Shown here piece after piece: positions 60,970-64,000 of a stretch of DNA of 64,000 bases; position 1 is the stretch's first letter; every line of letters begins with the position of its first letter. Source of the DNA: an uncultured Bacteroidaceae bacterium (GTDB lineage: Bacteria; Bacteroidota; Bacteroidia; Bacteroidales; SM23-62). The stretch is from positions 317,394 through 381,393 of the forward strand of contig CAVVYS010000004.1 in the NCBI GenBank assembly GCA_963752525.1. Direction: 5' to 3'. Under the pieces are notes generated by a model, which worked only from the letters and a program-made list of their open reading frames with translations, was not told the DNA's origin and did no database searches. Both the position numbers and the translations under genes were made by a program.

Positions 60970-61899
60970 ATGAAAAATTTAATGATTCTTTTCAGTATGG
61001 TTTGCCTGATCTTATCCGGAATACAGGTAAGCTCATCACAGATTGCCAGTCCAGATGAAATCAAGTGGCTGACCCTTGAATGGGAAGGAGAACGCTTTGA
61101 GGATGGGAGGCCAAAACTACCCCAGGATCTGCTGGACCGCCTGAAGAATATTTCCATTGAAGAAGCCTGGGGAGTGATGCGTGGCGAGGATTACCACAAC
61201 CAGTTTGCGGGAGATTGGAAAATGCTGCGTGAAGACCAGCCATTTACCGGACAGGCCCTTACTGCACTTTATATGCCCATGCGGCCGGAGTACGCTGACC
61301 GTGTCTTGAAAAAGGGACACGAGGAGGGGATGAAGGGTGCGACAAATTCCTGGCCCATAGATCTTTTAACCGAAGGGGATGTCTATGTAGGGGATTGTTT
61401 TGGGAAAGTGATTGACGGTACACTGATCGGGGACAACCTCGGGAATGCCATCTATACCAACTCGAAAAGGGGAGTGATCTTTGACGCCGGGTCCAGGGAC
61501 CTTGAAGGGCTATCCAAGATTGAAGGTTTCAATGCCTACGTGAGGGGCTGGGACCCTTCCTTTTTGACCGAGGTAATGCTGGCAGGCATCAATGTACCCA
61601 TAAAGATCGGAAACGCCACGGTCTTCCCTGGCGACGCTGTACTCGCCAAGAAGGAGGGTGTTATTTTTATCCCACCCCACCTGCTGGAGAAAGTCGTGAT
61701 CACTTCTGAATTTATAGGATTGAAAGATAAATTCGGACACATGCGGTTAAGGGAAGGCACCTATACACCCGGACAGATAGATGGCAGGTGGAGCGATGAT
61801 ATCAAAGCAGACTTCCTTAAATGGGTGGATGCGAACCCCGACCAGGTACCCATGTCCAGACAAGAGCTTGATGAATACCTGAAAGGCAGAACCTGGTAA
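60970..61899 (+). CDS. Sec-exported RraA-family protein (RraA-like / 4-hydroxy-4-methyl-2-oxoglutarate aldolase fold)
   Basis: Signal peptide MKNLMILFSMVCLILSGIQVSS; RraA-like core (GDVYVGD...GTLIGDNLGNAIYTNSKRGVIFDAGSRDLEGL). Confidence 0.5.
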   Translation: MKNLMILFSMVCLILSGIQVSSSQIASPDEIKWLTLEWEGERFEDGRPKLPQDLLDRLKNISIEEAWGVMRGEDYHNQFAGDWKMLREDQPFTGQALTALYMPMRPEYADRVLKKGHEEGMKGATNSWPIDLLTEGDVYVGDCFGKVIDGTLIGDNLGNAIYTNSKRGVIFDAGSRDLEGLSKIEGFNAYVRGWDPSFLTEVMLAGINVPIKIGNATVFPGDAVLAKKEGVIFIPPHLLEKVVITSEFIGLKDKFGHMRLREGTYTPGQIDGRWSDDIKADFLKWVDANPDQVPMSRQELDEYLKGRTW

Positions 61900-61917
61900 T
61901 TTAACTATACTTGACAT

Positions 61918-62832
61918 ATGAAAAAGTTTAATCGAAGAGAATTTGTATCTGCATTGTCTCTTGGTACAGGTTATTTGATGTTTAGCAATCCTATTACCGG
62001 ATGTACAAACATTACTTCCACGGATCCTTTTCAAATGGTGAAACTGGGTAAGAGTGGACTGGAATCCACCATGCTGGGAATGGGATGTGGTGTCAATGGT
62101 AGCATGCGCACATCATTTCTGACCAGGCAGGAAAAAAGTAAAAGTATTGCCATGGTCAGGCATGCTTATGATGCAGGGATCCGTTTTTTCGACGGTGCAG
62201 ATCTTTATGGCACCCATGGTATTATTGCGGAAGCCTTGCAGGACATACCACGCGAAAAGATATTGCTTTCTTCCAAAATCTGGACAAGGGAGGGGGGAAT
62301 ACCCGGCACTGAGCGCCCCGATGCAGATATAGTTGTGGACCGTTTCAGGAAGGAACTCAATACGGATTACATTGATCTTATGCAGATCCACTGCATGGTT
62401 ACGGAGGATTGGACTGAGACCGAAAAGCGGCAGATGGATATTCTTTCAGACCTGAAAGCCAAAGGGGTCATCCGGGCCCATGGTGTATCAGTCCACAGCT
62501 GGGAGGCCATGAAAGCAGCTGTTGAGAGTCCCTGGGTAGATGTCCTTCATGCGCGTATCAATCCCTACGGGATAATGATGGATAAGCCAGAACCTGAAGA
62601 AGTTGTGTCCGTGATACATAAGTTACATGACTCAGGCAAGGGAGTCATCGGAATGAAACTTGTTGGTGGGGGTACATATGTTGAAGATAGTGATAAGATT
62701 GATAATGCCCTGAGGTTTGTACTGGGACTCGGAAGTGTGGATATGATCATCGTTGGTTTTGAAAGGGAAGAACAGGTAGGTAATTATACCGCAAGGATGA
62801 AGAGTGTACTGTCAGATATCAAAAATGCCTGA
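61918..62832 (+). CDS. Tat-exported aldo/keto reductase
   Basis: Twin-arginine signal NRREFVSALSLGTGYL; AKR signature GIRFFDGADLYG and catalytic Tyr/Lys/His positions. Confidence 0.85.
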   Translation: MKKFNRREFVSALSLGTGYLMFSNPITGCTNITSTDPFQMVKLGKSGLESTMLGMGCGVNGSMRTSFLTRQEKSKSIAMVRHAYDAGIRFFDGADLYGTHGIIAEALQDIPREKILLSSKIWTREGGIPGTERPDADIVVDRFRKELNTDYIDLMQIHCMVTEDWTETEKRQMDILSDLKAKGVIRAHGVSVHSWEAMKAAVESPWVDVLHARINPYGIMMDKPEPEEVVSVIHKLHDSGKGVIGMKLVGGGTYVEDSDKIDNALRFVLGLGSVDMIIVGFEREEQVGNYTARMKSVLSDIKNA

Positions 62833-62850
62833 TTCCACCTTTATTATGCC

Positions 62851-64000
62851 ATGAGAAACATTTTAATCTTCTGCCTGATCCTGGCAGGTTGTACTTCACC
62901 TCGGAATGAGATCCGTGACACCATGTCTCTCGCTGGAGAGTGGAAATTCAAGGTGGATTCTCTGGATCTTGGGCTCACCCAAAAATGGTATACCTCATCA
63001 TTTGATGAGCATGTTTTACTGCCTGGTTCCATGGCCGAAAACGGGAAGGGTGATGAAGTATCACTGGCTACTGAATGGGTTGGGAACATTGTGGACAGTT
63101 CTTATTTCCACGATGAAAAATACCGGAAATTCCGGCAAGCTGATAATTTTAAAATACCTTTCTGGTTAAAACCGGTTAAGCATTATGTGGGACCAGCCTG
63201 GTACCAGAAGGAGATCAGTCTGCCTGCTGACTGGCAGGGCAGGAGGGTGGTCATGATCCTCGAAAGATGCCACTGGGAATCAAGGGTATTTGTCAATGGT
63301 CTGGAAGCCGGTCACCGGAACAGTCTGGCTGCGCCGCATACTTATAATATTACAGACCTGATTGATCCAGGTAAGAACAGGATCAGTATTCGCATTGACA
63401 ACCGGATGATCATCCCAGTGGGAGTTAATTCACACAGTGTAAGTGATCACACTCAGTCAAACTGGAACGGGATCGTGGGAGAGATAAGCCTGGAGGCAAG
63501 TTCTCCAGTATTTATAAAGGAAATCCAGATCTATCCTGATATTACCTCCAGGACTGCCAGGGTGGATGTAACCCTTGCCAGGCAGAATGAAGCTCCCTTT
63601 GAGGGTATCCTCGAGCTTCGGGCCGGCAGTTTTAATACAGAACAAAATCACAGTCCGGATGGAGTAACGAAAGAAGTCAGTCTTTCCGGATTGGAACAGA
63701 TCTTTGAAGTGGAGTATTATATGGGGGAAGAGGTTCAATGCTGGAGCGAATTTTCACCTGTCCTCTACCAGCTTGATGTGAAACTGAAGAATGCTAAAAA
63801 TGATTTGCTGGATCAGCAGGCTGAAAGTTTCGGCATGAGGGAGTTTAGCACCAGGGGAACACGGTTCCAGGTGAACGGACATCCCGTTTTTCTGCGTGGA
63901 ACACTCGAATGTTGTATTTTTCCTCTGACCGGCTATCCACCTACAGATCTTGCTTCCTGGGAGCATTTACTGAACCGATGCAAAGACCATGGATTGAATC
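62851..64000 (+). CDS. Glycoside hydrolase family 2-like lipoprotein (5' partial; continues beyond window)
   Basis: Open frame from ATG 62851 to window end, absent from the ORF track because no stop is reached; lipoprotein signal (LILAGCTSP); GH2 sugar-binding-domain pattern (RRVVMILERCHWESRVFVNGLEAGHRNSLAAPHTYNITDLI...RIDN). Confidence 0.6.
   Translation, partial: MRNILIFCLILAGCTSPRNEIRDTMSLAGEWKFKVDSLDLGLTQKWYTSSFDEHVLLPGSMAENGKGDEVSLATEWVGNIVDSSYFHDEKYRKFRQADNFKIPFWLKPVKHYVGPAWYQKEISLPADWQGRRVVMILERCHWESRVFVNGLEAGHRNSLAAPHTYNITDLIDPGKNRISIRIDNRMIIPVGVNSHSVSDHTQSNWNGIVGEISLEASSPVFIKEIQIYPDITSRTARVDVTLARQNEAPFEGILELRAGSFNTEQNHSPDGVTKEVSLSGLEQIFEVEYYMGEEVQCWSEFSPVLYQLDVKLKNAKNDLLDQQAESFGMREFSTRGTRFQVNGHPVFLRGTLECCIFPLTGYPPTDLASWEHLLNRCKDHGLN

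Noticed and set aside
1-64000. CRISPR arrays, integrase/transposase/recombinase genes, rRNA genes, IS-like terminal inverted repeats
   Set aside because: No regularly spaced direct repeats seen in any intergenic region, and none of the ORFs has integrase or transposase motifs. The only tRNA-linked repeat is the single 46-nt tRNA-Met fragment reported above.

Overview
64-kb chromosomal segment, almost certainly from a Bacteroidota genome. The phylum call rests on a T9SS C-terminal sorting domain on a secreted peptidase, Bacteroidetes-type TTTG/TAnnTTTG promoter motifs, many Tat/Sec-exported oxidoreductases, and about 45 percent GC. Content, left to right: housekeeping genes (xseA, dnaK, panB, RluA-family pseudouridine synthase, cdd, fmt, ribBA); an envelope operon (LptF/G-family permease, GT4, GT2) translationally coupled to ribBA-fmt; a TPR/TolB-like/OmpA/SPOR envelope protein; a glycan-utilisation block (arylsulfatase, araA, DUF1080, FtsX-family permease); a tRNA-Met(CAT) followed 1.4 kb downstream by a 46-nt direct repeat of its own 3' half, bracketing a low-GC islet with a single Arch_ATPase/DUF234-type AAA ATPase; a set of Tat-exported, normally cytoplasmic enzyme families (two Gfo/Idh/MocA oxidoreductases, xylose-isomerase-like TIM barrel, bicupin, DUF1080), best read as a periplasmic 3-keto-glycoside (oxidative) glycan cleavage module; a low-GC DhaA-like haloalkane dehalogenase with an Asn-to-Gln change at a halide-binding position; flotillin/NfeD pair; acyl-CoA dehydrogenase; a 15.4-kb single-strand efflux mega-operon (ABC ATPase + 1140-aa permease/ectodomain fusion, TolC-like OMP, periplasmic adaptor, two tandem RND pumps, a small membrane protein, second ABC ATPase + ABC-2 permease) that carries a cluster of frameshifts; a Spy/CpxP-like LTXXQ periplasmic protein; and a second block of exported enzymes (Tat enolase-superfamily dehydratase, BASS transporter, secreted RraA-like protein, Tat aldo/keto reductase, GH2 lipoprotein) that looks like a periplasmic sugar-acid route. 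No CRISPR array, integrase, transposase or rRNA was recognised. Short antisense ORFs inside large genes are treated as spurious. My manual position indexing can be off by 1-2 nt relative to the ORF track.
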